From Ptychomitrium polyphyllum (taxonomy: Eukaryota), in contig OZ316776.1 in the NCBI GenBank assembly GCA_973851085.1, positions 6,758,001 to 6,822,000 on the forward strand: a stretch of DNA of 64,000 nucleotides, in the 5' to 3' direction. The notes below the pieces were generated by a model that saw only the letters and a list, made by a program, of their open reading frames with translations, searched no databases and had not been told where the DNA came from. Position 1 is the first letter of the stretch. Each line of letters opens with the position of its first letter. The position numbers and the translations under genes were made by a program. Shown here piece after piece: positions 26,380-38,515 of the stretch.

Positions 26380-27768
26380 ATGGCGGCCATGGCTGCTGTT
26401 GCGGGGAATTCGGCTGCGATGGCAGCTACGAGCATGAATGGGGGTGCGTTGGTGAAGGTTGAGGGCAGGAATGTGATGTTGAGTGCGTTTTTGGGGCGCA
26501 AGGTGGTGGCGGGAGTAGGAGTGAAGGCGGCCGTGAAAAGGCCGGTGTCGCAGAGGAGGCGTAGCGGTGTGGTGGCATATGTCGCCCCGAGCACGACTGA
26601 GAAATTCGTGAACGAGCCGGAGAAGACTGCGAATGGCGTAGCCGAGAGCCAGAAGGGCGGGCAATGTTTCGGCGTGTTTTGTGTGACGTATGACCTGAAG
26701 GAGGGTGAGAGGCCGAAGACTTGGAAGAAGACAGTGCGCATCGCCGTGTCGGGAGCCGCGGGCATGATCGCCAACCATTTGCTCTTCAAGCTTGCGTCGG
26801 GGGAGGTTTTCGGCCAGGACCAGCCCATTGCGCTCAACCTGTTGGGTTCTGAGAGGAGCCGTGATGCGCTTGAGGGAGTGGCTATGGAGTTGGAGGATTC
26901 TCTCTTCCCGCTCCTGAGAGAGGTGAACATTGGCATTGAAGCCGAGGAAGTTTTCCAAGATGCCGATTGGGCGCTTCTCATCGGCGCCAAGCCTCGAGGT
27001 CCTGGCATGGAGAGGGCTGACCTGCTCGATATCAATGGGCAGATCTTCGCGCAGCAAGGGAAAGCGCTCAACGAAGTCGCGAGCCAGGATGTGAAGGTGC
27101 TCGTGGTGGGCAACCCGTGCAACACGAACGCTCTTATCGCCATGAAGAATGCGCCCCGTCTCAACCCCTTGAATTTTCATGCGTTGACGAGATTGGATGA
27201 GAACCGGGCCAAGTGCCAGTTGGCCCTTAAGGCCGGCGTCTTCTATGACAACGTCTCCAATGTGACCATCTGGGGCAACCACTCCACCACGCAGGTCCCC
27301 GATTTCTTGAACGCCAAGATCCACGGCGCTAGGGTCGTGGACGTGATCCAGGACGAGAAGTGGCTCAAGGGGGAGTTCACCCCGCGGGTTCAAAAGCGAG
27401 GAGGGGCGCTTATCCAGAAGTGGGGTCGATCCTCTGCCGCTTCGACTGCCGTGTCGATCGCCGACGCCATCAAGTCCTTGATCACTCCCACGCCCGAGGG
27501 CGACTGGTTCTCATCAGGTGTCTATTCGAACGGAAACCCCTACGGAATTGCTGAAGATATCATCTTCAGCATGCCGTGCCGCTCGAAAGGCGATGGCAGC
27601 TGGGAGCTCGTGACGGATTGCGAAGTGGATGACTACTTGCGTGACCGCATCAAGAAGAGCGAGGACGAGCTCGTTGCCGAGAAGAAGTGCGTGGCGCATC
27701 TCATCGGCCAGGAGAATGGCTACTGCGACCTTCCCGAGGGCGACACAATGTTGCCCGGAGAGCTGTAA
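26380..27768 (+). CDS. NADP-MDH: Chloroplast NADP-dependent malate dehydrogenase, single coding exon
   Basis: Ala/Ser/Arg/Val-rich transit peptide; N-terminal CFGVFC redox pair; [68 protein letters not shown]-terminal [22 protein letters not shown] extension. Confidence 0.97.
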   Translation: MAAMAAVAGNSAAMAATSMNGGALVKVEGRNVMLSAFLGRKVVAGVGVKAAVKRPVSQRRRSGVVAYVAPSTTEKFVNEPEKTANGVAESQKGGQCFGVFCVTYDLKEGERPKTWKKTVRIAVSGAAGMIANHLLFKLASGEVFGQDQPIALNLLGSERSRDALEGVAMELEDSLFPLLREVNIGIEAEEVFQDADWALLIGAKPRGPGMERADLLDINGQIFAQQGKALNEVASQDVKVLVVGNPCNTNALIAMKNAPRLNPLNFHALTRLDENRAKCQLALKAGVFYDNVSNVTIWGNHSTTQVPDFLNAKIHGARVVDVIQDEKWLKGEFTPRVQKRGGALIQKWGRSSAASTAVSIADAIKSLITPTPEGDWFSSGVYSNGNPYGIAEDIIFSMPCRSKGDGSWELVTDCEVDDYLRDRIKKSEDELVAEKKCVAHLIGQENGYCDLPEGDTMLPGEL

Positions 27769-28156
27769 ATCTTGATCTTCAAGACGTCGATGCAGGAATT
27801 GTTCTAAGGTAGATCTTTGTTTGTCCATGTCTTGTTACTTAATATGATTTCTGTAGTAGGGTGGTGGAATGATGGTGTAATGGCAAGATAGGTCTGTTGT
27901 TTGTGATCGAGGGAGGAGGCGCGCACTTGTAGATTTTTTGGTTGAGTTTCTCTGCATATGTACACTTCCATTTTGAGACTGGGTCTTGTCACGGAAGCAG
28001 TAGAACAACATTCATGAAACTGTTGGACGGAAGGAAGCTCTAGGTTCTTGCTTGCCACCTCATGGTGACGATGGTTTGTGTAGCTTTTGCCTGCGGGAGT
28101 GCGGGAGGGAGGGCATCTGTATTTTACCATGTGCTGTAGTAGTACTCATGCATGAC

Positions 28157-28188
28157 GGCGATAGCGATGGCGATAGCGATAGCGATGG
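28157..28188. repeat. (GCGATR)n hexanucleotide repeat
   Basis: ggcgatagcgatggcgatagcgatagcgatgg. Confidence 0.8.
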
Positions 28189-31100
28189 AGTGACAAGGGA
28201 GACCTAGAAATTGTGAATAAACTACATCATGGGTGATTACGTTTTATAGGGAATTACTTCGATGAAGGTCCAACTGAAAACACGCCAGTGTTGAATAATA
28301 TATACTGATTACAGCTTAAAGATATTCTGTACCGTCTTTTCTATTTTCTTTCAGCATCCGCATGTGGCATTGAATTTCAGTTGAGGAATTTGGAAGCATA
28401 TTTGTCACTGCTGATCATATCTGGTCCGCTTATTTTCTTGAGCAGCGTTGTCTGGTTGTTTTGCTTTGAAGAATTGTTGCTTTGGTACTAAATTCTGGTT
28501 CCTGACTAGTCATCCGTTTGGGGTATGGCAGTGGAATTCACCGGTTGGGGTTGCAGGAATTTAGAAATGCGGCTGAATTTTTGAGGCTTGCAATTTTAAC
28601 ACTGGATTTTGAGTGGCACTCCTGTGCTGGGTTGAAGGTGTGAAGCGCGTCCCAACTCTTCGAGCGCCATCATTCAACTCCTACAATGCAGATAGTACTG
28701 TACATCATTAGGTGTAATGGAAGAAGAATGCTTCACACCTCCATCAGCTTCTTACGTCTGATCAGATATAGTCACGATGTTAGCATTCGCTAATAACAAA
28801 CCATATGTGTGCGACTTCAACTTCGGCAAGTTCCTAACCAGTTAAATCCCTGGAAGAAGATTATAACGGCGGGGGTCAAATGTAAACAAGAAACAGTTCT
28901 GGAAATAAATTGAGCGAGGTACGAATGCAGAAAAGCAATGTGGATTATTCTGCGTTATCATCTGACAGGTATTGTCCTTATCTCCTGCACATCTCCTGAC
29001 TATGCTTGCCTCTTGTTGTTCCCTGATTGCCTTTTTGTGCGGGAATCCCTGATTCAATTCTGCAAGCCGTATCCTTATCTACCAGAAAGTTGGAGAGTGG
29101 TCAGAATCACAGCTGGTTTCCGTCTTCAAGAAAGGTAGTGCAGGCCACGAGGACTGTAGTCCTTGCATGCATCACTGCTTTTTAGCCTGTTGGTGATTCT
29201 TTTTCTGACTCGATTATTCCCTTAGAAATGGAGTTTGAGAAACTTTGAATGAGACAAAATGCTCTGAATTCATTCACTCACTCTCCATTTCCAACGCCAC
29301 CGTCGAACATCTCGCTACCATCTGCTTCTTCCGAAAGATCTGTCAATCTTCACAGCTCTGCAATTGAGAGTTTGTAAATGGAAGTGAGCCCAGATATGAA
29401 TGTGGTCGCAATTTCCGTGACCCGAATTGCTTGAGGATTAACTTCCACTCAAAAGCGATCAAGAAGCAAGATCCACAGCAACCGGAACCAGTTAACCACG
29501 AGTTGGCCAGCCAGGCAGTTACCATTCGAACAAGATGACAATTGGGGTTTTCTTCTAGTATTTTACTTGCATCAGCTTGATTTTCAGGATAAAATATGAT
29601 TTATTGGGGTTTAGTGAGCTTACAACAATTGGATGAGAGGCAAGCTGTATTCCTTCGTGCTTCTCTCTGGAAATGTTGAAGCATTTCTCCGGTACTTGGG
29701 AAGTTTATAATGATTGCTTGTCCTCCGCAAACCTAGAAACCCACGCGTGGCAGATAATGAAGAACCTCATCGTTTTGCTGATGTCTTTTAAGGACAAGGG
29801 GTTTTCAGATTTTACAGAGTATCGAAGTGCTCCTCGAGTTGGATGCTGCAGTCCCTGCATTTAGGTAGATCTTCACCCTCTGATGTAGCTTGCAACCGTT
29901 GGTTCTGGAAATTCCTTTCTTGAAGGCGGAAGCCAGCTGTGATTCCAACAACTTTTTACCATTCTGAGCATGCTTACGATGCTGGATCTTTTATTTGCGT
30001 ATACATTGGCATACTGAATATTAGGAATAGGTTTTAGGGTGCAAGATTTGGTTGGGGATTTTCAAGTTGGGTGCTGGAGTAGGTCTCTAACCGTAGCCGA
30101 TGAATTATTTCTGTTGCCGCAATGACGCTTCTGTCCTTGGAATTTCGAGAAGTAAAAAGATTGTTGGGTTTGAGGTGTGCTGACGCTGATCGCAGTGGCA
30201 CCAGCCCAGCTTTTCTTTGCGAGGTTGCGCGTACCTTGAAGCCAGACATCTAAGCGAAACTAGAGATCCAGAAGTTGCTGATGGAGATTCAGAAGTTCAT
30301 AAATGGTGCGACTAACGAGGGTTTCACAATTGCTAAGCAGGGGTCATCTTGCATAGTTGGGAAAGTGGTGTTAGGGGAAGGGGCAGTCTGCACCTCCGGC
30401 ATGCATCGAAGAACGGTGAGAAGAGTAGCAGTGGAGAGAGCAAAGGGATGCAAACAGTTTGGGCAGTTCATCCAGAGTTGATGGACTCATTTCTATGGAA
30501 CACATTATTAGTGGAGGCGATACAGCTTGCGACGGCGAGACCACTCCATTGCCAAATTAATCTTGGATAGTTTTGTGATCTTGGATTGGTCTTCACATTG
30601 TCAGGAGCGCCATATTCCAGCAATTTCAGACAAGGTTTTCTTGAAAGTTCTTTGAACTTCTGCTGGAGAATATCTTATGGTGTACAGATGCTCCTTGGAT
30701 AACTTATAGTCTCGGTGGAGGCCAAATCCTATAAGTTATGTGAGGTTATCAGATATGTGAATTGTTTAAGTTTTTGTTTTTGAATTATGGGAAAAAAGCA
30801 GATCGCAATTCACACCCACCACCCACATCACTATCCATACTACCTCCTAAACCACAAAACTAGAACATGGAAGAGAAGACCAGCCCCTGAGGAAAGGCCC
30901 AGCCTAGCCTAGGACTATCAGAACACTTACCCCACGTGTCTTGGAGGGTTTGTTACTTAAGGAGATAGGTTTTAGGCTTGAAAGGACTACTTTTAAGGCT
31001 CGAGCCCAGTTTCTAGTGCTTCCCAGCTCTCCTAACTCACTATTTTGCACTTTTGCTTCACATAAACTAGTATCATGTCGCCAAACGTCGTCGCGTGGTT

Positions 31101-32702
31101 CAACATTTCCAGCTTGAAGAAACATTGTCAACTTGGATGCTTCAGTGTCAGACAAAGAATGCTGCTCTCATTGGAAAACTCATCACGGTCAAGGCCAAGA
31201 CCTTTGAGGACTGACTTGACATGCTAGAAGATACCAACAAGTTCTCGAGCGAGTGCTTGCAGCACTTTTAGCAGCGCATATGCTTCGCTGCATCATTGAT
31301 GCAGCCTTATTTGGAATTTGGACGCTCATTGCTTGCTATAAACTGAAGAAGGTTGTGTACAACATGGATGAAATAGGTTTTCAAATCTTGCAAAATTGAT
31401 TTTGATGTGTGTCGTTTTTAAAAAAAAATTAAGATTTTAAAAGAATTTTACTAACATTTCTTTTGGGTTTATTCTACAGCGTGGTTCCAAAGAAAATAAT
31501 TGCATAGAGAGAACAATTACATAGATTGAGGATTGAAAAAAGACAAGGTCAGTTTTCATATGCATTTTAGTAGTGATCTCATTTGATTACAATGCTTTTT
31601 AAGTCACAGTTAGCAACATTCTAAAGGTTGAAGCGCCTGTAATGTAAAGATGTAATACAATGCTTGAATGCCACTCCCTAAAAAGGATGCCAATCATTCA
31701 AAAGAATTTGTTGTTATGATAGTCGAAGCCCAATTGCTTCCTTGTCTGGTTCTTGAAATAATGAGGTTTGTTGGCCCTTCCAATGAACTTCTTTGAACCA
31801 TCAGCATTGGTTTGTGAAGGCAACGATGATGCAATTTCAAATGTAAAAAATGAAGAAATATTTTGGTATTTTAGGTTTGAGTTATGTAGATATATACATT
31901 GTTTAAGGAATTTCCGTTTAACTTCAAATCAAATGAATAGTATATGATATAAAATCAAACCAAAAGTCTATGGCGTCAATTGAGCAAGTAAATTGGTTGT
32001 GATTTAAGTGGTTTATGTGTGTGATAGAAGAATAGTTTGTTTAATTTTGTATTATTTAGTAATTTGAGATTTTGAACATATAACCGCAACATGATTTTAC
32101 AATTTTCAAGTGTTTGTTTTTAAAAAAAACACCTTAGAGGAAGCAATTAGCTTATTTGGAACATGAATGAGCACAAAAAAAAAGACTGATTGGTAAAATT
32201 TTCACTTAGAGGGATGTCATGATAGCAAAGAATTATGTTTCTTCTAAGCTAAATTGTGGGTTTAGAATTATTAAACAAATTAATCTCCAAATTAAGTTTG
32301 TCATCATTTTTTGTTGCCCAATCTTTTGAATTACATCATTTATAAAGATTTTTGAGAACAACTGCAATTTTTGAAATGTTTCAATAAATTTTTGAAAAGT
32401 TGATATTCTTAAGTTCTTATCTTTAAGCTATTTTTGAATTATTATTTTTAAAAATGTTAGTCTTCACCAATTTTGTTCAACATATCAGTTTGTATGATTG
32501 CTATGGTTACACTCAAACTAGAACATGGAACAAATCTAAATAATTCAATCTCTACTTTTAACTCCAAGCTACTAATGCCATATTTGTTAGGGTACCCAAT
32601 CCCTTTCTTTTGACCACTAAAAATAGTGTGACTGTCAACTCAATACTGTAAAACTATTGTACTTCACCAATTTAACAAATACACCATTCACTACATTAGA
32701 GT

Positions 32703-33482
32703 CTAGGTAGCAACAGCAACACCAGCATCTATGCTTGCAAACAACACAGGCGTTGCATTGCCTTGATTTCCACAACACTGTACTCTAAAGTGCCACTCAC
32801 GCAAAGTGTCAACATTGTCCACGGAGACATGGCTGTGTACTTGCATTTGCCCCTCACTGTTCGTCACCCGTACGTTCGGTGCAGCCTTGCAGTTCTTAAG
32901 ACACTTGCAAGGTGTCACTGAAATGTTTGACGATTCGGGAAAGCTCTTTTGTAATGACGCAAGAATCTGCAACGACCCTCCCTTCTTGCATTTTCCACCA
33001 GTGCAGACTTCAATTTTACCTCCAGTGCTGGCATGCGTCGAGACAGGGGTGACCACTTCAGAGGGCAGGGAAGCCGACGCTGTGTTCACGCTTGTCTCCT
33101 TCAGCTCTATGGGGCCTCTAGTGTAGATTTCTCTCGTGCTGACTAAAGTGGAAGTACTTGCGGCCGTCTGAGAAACAATCGCAGGCTCCTCCTCTTGGAC
33201 GCTACCGCTAGTGGTTACCACTGCAGGGGCAGCTCGCTCTGCTGAACGAAGTGATGGTGACATTACTGGGCTCATCGCCTCCACTCCTACAGAACCTTGG
33301 GAGAAGGTCTCCACAGGCGCCGTTGTAATCGGCTTGATTGCTGCAATCCGCACCTCTGGTCGCCCCCGTGCCTGTCCATGCCCATGCCTCTGCCCCTGCC
33401 CCTGCCCCTTCCCGTGTCCTACCTGGATATACAAATTCTCTTGCTTATGCGGCCCTCCTGCGCCGACACACTGATTCCCCAT
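32703..33482 (-). CDS. Truncated/chimeric DGAT3-like protein: MGNQCVG leader plus thioredoxin-like [2Fe-2S] domain
   Basis: Intact ORF from ATG 33482 (gtgATGg context). Contains KIEVCTGGKCKKGGS..TPCKCLKNCKAAPNVRV and shares QEEEPAIVSQ, TREIYTRGPIELKET with 43158-44519. Confidence 0.75.
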   Translation of the reverse strand: MGNQCVGAGGPHKQENLYIQVGHGKGQGQGQRHGHGQARGRPEVRIAAIKPITTAPVETFSQGSVGVEAMSPVMSPSLRSAERAAPAVVTTSGSVQEEEPAIVSQTAASTSTLVSTREIYTRGPIELKETSVNTASASLPSEVVTPVSTHASTGGKIEVCTGGKCKKGGSLQILASLQKSFPESSNISVTPCKCLKNCKAAPNVRVTNSEGQMQVHSHVSVDNVDTLREWHFRVQCCGNQGNATPVLFASIDAGVAVAT

Positions 33483-33561
33483 CACCACTTGACCTCTCTC
33501 TAATCCTCTCCAACACAAGGAGCCTGATCTACAAGTTTACGGCAATGTGATACTCCTACGT

Positions 33562-33621
33562 GTATGACTCAGGTATCACCCTGGTATCATACTAGTATCG
33601 TCTGAGTATCTGCTAGGCATC
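33562..33621 (-). promoter_or_regulatory. Phased GATAC array (11-bp period), 80-140 bp upstream of the chimeric DGAT3-like ATG
   Basis: Plus-strand GTATG 33562, GTATC 33573, 33584, 33595, 33606, GCATC 33617. Regulatory role is inferred. Confidence 0.55.
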
Positions 33622-34315
33622 GATCAACATGAACAAGAAACTCCCTCAGACTTCACCTGCAAAACTCCTCCGACGCCTCATACAACGTCACCGTGACTCA
33701 ACAAACGACAACAAGACTAGATCATTTCCTCACAAGATGAAAGACGAAAAGCTGCAGCCGAGCATGACCTTATTCGATTGAAACTCGCCCCGAGCACGCG
33801 GTGATCTTGACCTTCATAATTGACTAGTGTACAGTCTATGAGGTCGGAAAGAGCTCACGATGATTCCCTCAGTCTGCCAGTCAAAGCCTTCTAGAGAGCA
33901 CCCCGGCTTCTGCGATGCTGCTTCCTAAGTGCTGACGGGACTGTCCTTTTCTCGCTCGTCCATATTAGCGAACGTAACTTAGCAGCATATCGTTCGTGGT
34001 TGCAATCGTAGTGTCGTTGCAGCTCATTGATGTATTTCGTTGAAGTTCCGGAGAGTTCGTTCGTTCTTTCGTTTCGCATTCGTAAACGACTCTTGGGTGT
34101 GTGTTCCATAGAAAAACATGAAGCTTTCGTGGCGTAAGTGCACAGGGATGGAAACTTGGAAAGCAGTGTAAGCCATCCCACTTATTGACCATTTGTTGTG
34201 GTTTACGCCTGATAAGACATGAACACTCACTGATCACAAACAATCATGCACTCAAGCCTCTCTTGTGCATCGTATTTAAGGAAACAGTTAAATGACAAAT
34301 ACAGCAGTTCAAGTC

Positions 34316-34371
34316 AACCATTTAATCATTTAAAATCAGGAACAACCATTCAATCATTTAAAATCAGTAAC
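34316..34371. repeat. 28-bp tandem duplication
   Basis: aaccattYaatcatttaaaatcagKaac occurs twice. Confidence 0.85.
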
Positions 34372-36626
34372 AGTCTAAGCATAAAACAATAAAATTTCAT
34401 GTAGAAATCTGAAGGAGTAAAGTTAGATGATTTTAGAAGACATTATCTATACAAAAAGTTTGGAATGCAGATAAAAAAGGATAAAATACTAAAAATAAGT
34501 GAGATTATTCATTACAAAAATGATATATCATTTATTCATCTATATCTTATTACTTATATTAAATTTGAAATAGCCTATTGATCCTTTATGGAAGTTGAAT
34601 CACTTCATTTTTGCAACAAATTCATAGGTTGGAATTCTACGAAATCCATTCTAAAAATTAATGTAGATATTAGGAATAATATGTAAAGTATACTTTATAC
34701 ATGGAAGGTATCTTTTATTAAAATTTTAAATATATTGTAGAACTTAAAAATTGTCAATAATTCTTTCATAAATAATACAAGCAAGTATTTAATATCATAA
34801 AATATCTTTACTTGCTTATTTCTTAAATAAGCAACTAGAAATTAATTGATTGTTAAAATATTTAGATGAAAGCATCAAAATACTCCAGCAGCCCTCAATA
34901 GTTGAAACCATTCGTAACAGTGATAAATGTAACAATGATATGACGAGAAATAATGTAGACGAAATGCTACGAGTAACAAAAAAAAGATTCCATACCGACG
35001 CAACCATTTGTGATGTTTTTACCGTCGCCTTAAAACCTTCCGGGCATATGCAATGTGTGAGTGTATCCTATAGGCATCCAAAAGTTCAACTATTTTAGAA
35101 GCAAGATAGGTATCATACATATTTCAGTTAAGCAAGAACATAGGCAGATTAAAACAGTAAATCCAGTATCCTTTCAAATTAGCATTATGATTATTCCATT
35201 TGACGTATCTTAAATAAACGAACCCAATAAACAAAATTCTTAACTACTGGATCACAACAGAATATGGTAATGACCTGCAATCAAAAATTACTAAAACAAT
35301 ATCAGACAAGCAACGAAAACCATGGGGAAAATCATACTTGGCAAGCAGATTTAAAAATACCATCACTAATCTCTTGCCAGCACTCTCCATTTGTAACCTT
35401 GCAGTGACCAGGTCCCTTGGCTGTCCTACCAAACAATCATATTACACTCAATCAGATATCAAGGAGCATGCCGTGTACTTGAGCCTTAGTCAAGCAAACA
35501 ACATTGTATTCGTTATTATCATTAGTGAATAACATATTAATTTGGTTTTTAATAATAAAAAAAAATAGATAAAGATGATAAGTTTATAATCTATTACAAA
35601 TGAAGATAATCTATTATACCACGTTTGAAAAGGCATTTGATAAGTTATTTCTATGTTCAAGGAAGAAATTCCTATATTCAAAAGAATCTTGCTTTAACAA
35701 GAAAATACTTTTTTGTAGTATACTGTTCTTCCTTGTTCCAAATTGCATAAAATTCACATTGTTTTTTTTGGAATCTTCATTTTTCTTCTCTAAACAATAA
35801 GATTTTATGATTTTTATACCTTCATCGCTATGCCACAGGCCTACAACTATTAAACTTCATTCTCAAGCAATTCAAAATTATTGGCATTCAAAGTTTGCCA
35901 TATAATATTGGCAATGGAGAAATCTTTGCAAAAGTAATATATATCTCTTTAGAAAAGAGCGCTTATTTGCAATATGTAAGTTGCTGTATTATTAGGCCAG
36001 ACAATTACTTTTAATCAAGTTGGCAGTTCACCAAACAAGTGCACATAATGTCATACTTACAATACATTCTTGAGAGACAATTTTCTTACTTGTAGGTGGC
36101 CTAGATACTCAATCTAGATACTTTTTAATACAACCTGGGTACTTCTTGCATCCATGTTGTAAGAAGATGAGAAATTTAGTCACTCTATATGTGGGAAAGA
36201 AAGAGAGACTGCCTAATATGACAATCATTTTGACAATCAGCTGCAAGTCAATTGGAATTGTTGTGATTTGTGACATACAAAGTTTGGACAATACTTGGGG
36301 CTCAGGTTGGACCCACTGCTTGGTGAACAGTGATCACTGCAGGTAAGATTGTTCTGAAACTCCTTTCCAGTGATCCAAACAATGTATTTCATTCCTAAAA
36401 AAACACCGTGAGAAAATGGAGTACCATGAGTCTACTGCATTTCTGAAAAACGCATGTAGACTATCTCAACACAAGGAGTCAACAGATATCCATTGATTGA
36501 TGACGCCATATTTTTTAAAATGGTTAACCTCTGTTAAGTTGTCACATTCACACTATTTTCAGCCGTCGAAACATTGTCAACCAGGATTGGCCAGTCGTAA
36601 TAAACATGGCGTTTGATGTGTGTGAC

Positions 36627-36664
36627 GATACTACTGTGGTACTGGGCTAGAACTGCTGTGATAC
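36627..36664 (+). promoter_or_regulatory. Degenerate phased GATAC array (11-bp period)
   Basis: GATAC 36627, GGTAC 36638, AGAAC 36649, GATAC 36660. Confidence 0.4.
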
Positions 36665-38051
36665 TAGTCCTGCTCAGCCGAGTGTATATCCTGAGAAATG
36701 GATGAAATTACTACGCTGTAAGCCTGTCTAGGCTCCTTGCGTACGCTATGCATGCACGTGACTCATAACTTTGGATGCATAGCAGGACCCCATACCGTTG
36801 TGTGTGGAACGACGCCGCAAACTTTGCAAACGTTGTTCTTTCAAACACTGGCTATTGAAGCGCAGTTTAGTTCAATTCAATTGTGACGAGTCATGATAGG
36901 GATGTTATTGTTCTTTGCAGTGGTTTTATCTGTGCAGCATAATTGTCTTCAGCCTCTGTTTAGCAGCCGGGCCACGTTCCCTCACCGCAGCTATAGTTAG
37001 TTCGTCTATGGATTCTGTTTCTTCAAGACATAGGTCCTTGATCGTTCATGTTTTCGTTTGGCAGAGAGATGACCTTTGATCGGATAATGCAGGGATGATA
37101 TCATGATCGAACAACAGATTTCATTTCTACTGTCTTGCTAAGCTGCTCGATAAGGATTATCTCGGACCTAACGTCGCTTAGGGTTTACCCAAGTTGTGGA
37201 TTCATTTGTGTACTAGTGGAGGATTTCGTGCTGGATTAAATAAACTTCTCAAACAGGTCACATTGCAGCGGACTAATGTTGTTTTCAATGAGGCTAAGAA
37301 GATCAAGTGAAGTGTCCTGTCAACATGTATATATATATATACAACAGCCCGTCTTTAACCCTTGACGAGAGATTTCCAGACATTGTAAGAAGTCACAAAA
37401 AGGAATATTCTAAAGACGTCACAGAAAGAGTTTTGCGGAGAATACTAGAATCAGATGACCTCCTGGTTACGCCGGGCCACCGATTAGGTAGAAAAAATAC
37501 AAATTAAAACACAGAACTCTTGGCAGTGTCTGATGAAAGCTAGGACATATTTATCCAGTAAGCAGACTCGTGAGGCAGTACTAGTGCAGCTAACGACTTC
37601 TTGTGCCTTCAACTATGTCAGGTGGCTCTAGAATGAGTCGGATCTTTGAGAGTTAATTTTTCACCCGCTTTTCGAAAGTCTAACAACTGTGAGAATATTG
37701 TTACAGAGGCGAAAGGGTGAGCCCTGGACAGTGTATTTGGACTAGGAACCAGTCCGAACTCGAGCTCCATTCCGAGGATGTTTTGTAACCTACCATGCCC
37801 AAGACGAGTTGCAGGTGACGTATGCAGAAGCTTCTTATCACAGCATTCGCAGTTACAATGTATTCCCACTCAAGCATCCCTACCTAATTTCTAGCTCTTA
37901 GAGAAGTTCGTCTGAGTTCATTTTTTGCTTCGAGTTCTCTGCATGATTTTCAATTTGCAAGACAGGATCTTGTAAATGGGTTTTCGGGTAGAATATTCTT
38001 GGTTGCTGGATATCGTCTCATGCGTATCGTGAGATCGACACCCTCTCCTGG

Positions 38052-38515
38052 GAAGTGCTAGTATACTGGTCGTCGTCAAGATGCGTGGACAAGCGGAAAG
38101 GACGAGCCACCGAATTGCTGGGATTTCTCCCTAACTACTCCATTGGCAAGTGTCTCAACAACGTGGGAGGTTCGAACATGATATTTGACATGTATCCCAA
38201 ATGCACGCGAGGCAGTAGAGCAGGCGAAGCATGGCACCAGAACCTTCACAGTGCGATGTCACACTACAAGTTTATGCAGACCATTGAGACCACGAGAAAA
38301 GAAAGCTATGTGACGGAGAGAGAAACTTTTATACGTTAGATGCCGGTTTCGCCCCCATCTACTTCTGAGATCCCAACGTGCTGGATTTTGTGCCTCCGAA
38401 CTCCACCACTGAAGGCTACAGATTTGCAAACATGCAGAAGCTGACAGCTGAAGAAAGTGGCAGCTGGCCTAGTCCTGCATGCAGAGTTTCAAGCCGGGCG
38501 ACGCTCTGGACCGTT
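38052..38515 (+). pseudogene. Alpha-1,4-fucosyltransferase (GT10, FUT13/FucTC-like) pseudogene
   Basis: VLVYWSSSRC..SIGKCLNNVGG..MYPKC..LHSAMSHYKF..IE...ESYVTE, then frameshifts, LDAGFAPIYF*(TGA 38366)DPNVLDFVPPNS..FANMQKL. This matches the GT10 core of plant alpha-1,4-FucT as recalled. Weaker remnants may extend upstream to ~36700. Confidence 0.85.

Noticed and set aside
26067..27393. Long antisense ORFs (365 aa and 393 aa) over NADP-MDH
   Set aside because: Shadow ORFs caused by GC-rich codon usage of the sense gene; no recognisable motifs.
30034..31360. Coding-like moderately GC-rich segment with short ORFs on both strands
   Set aside because: No family recognised and no consistent exon structure could be built.
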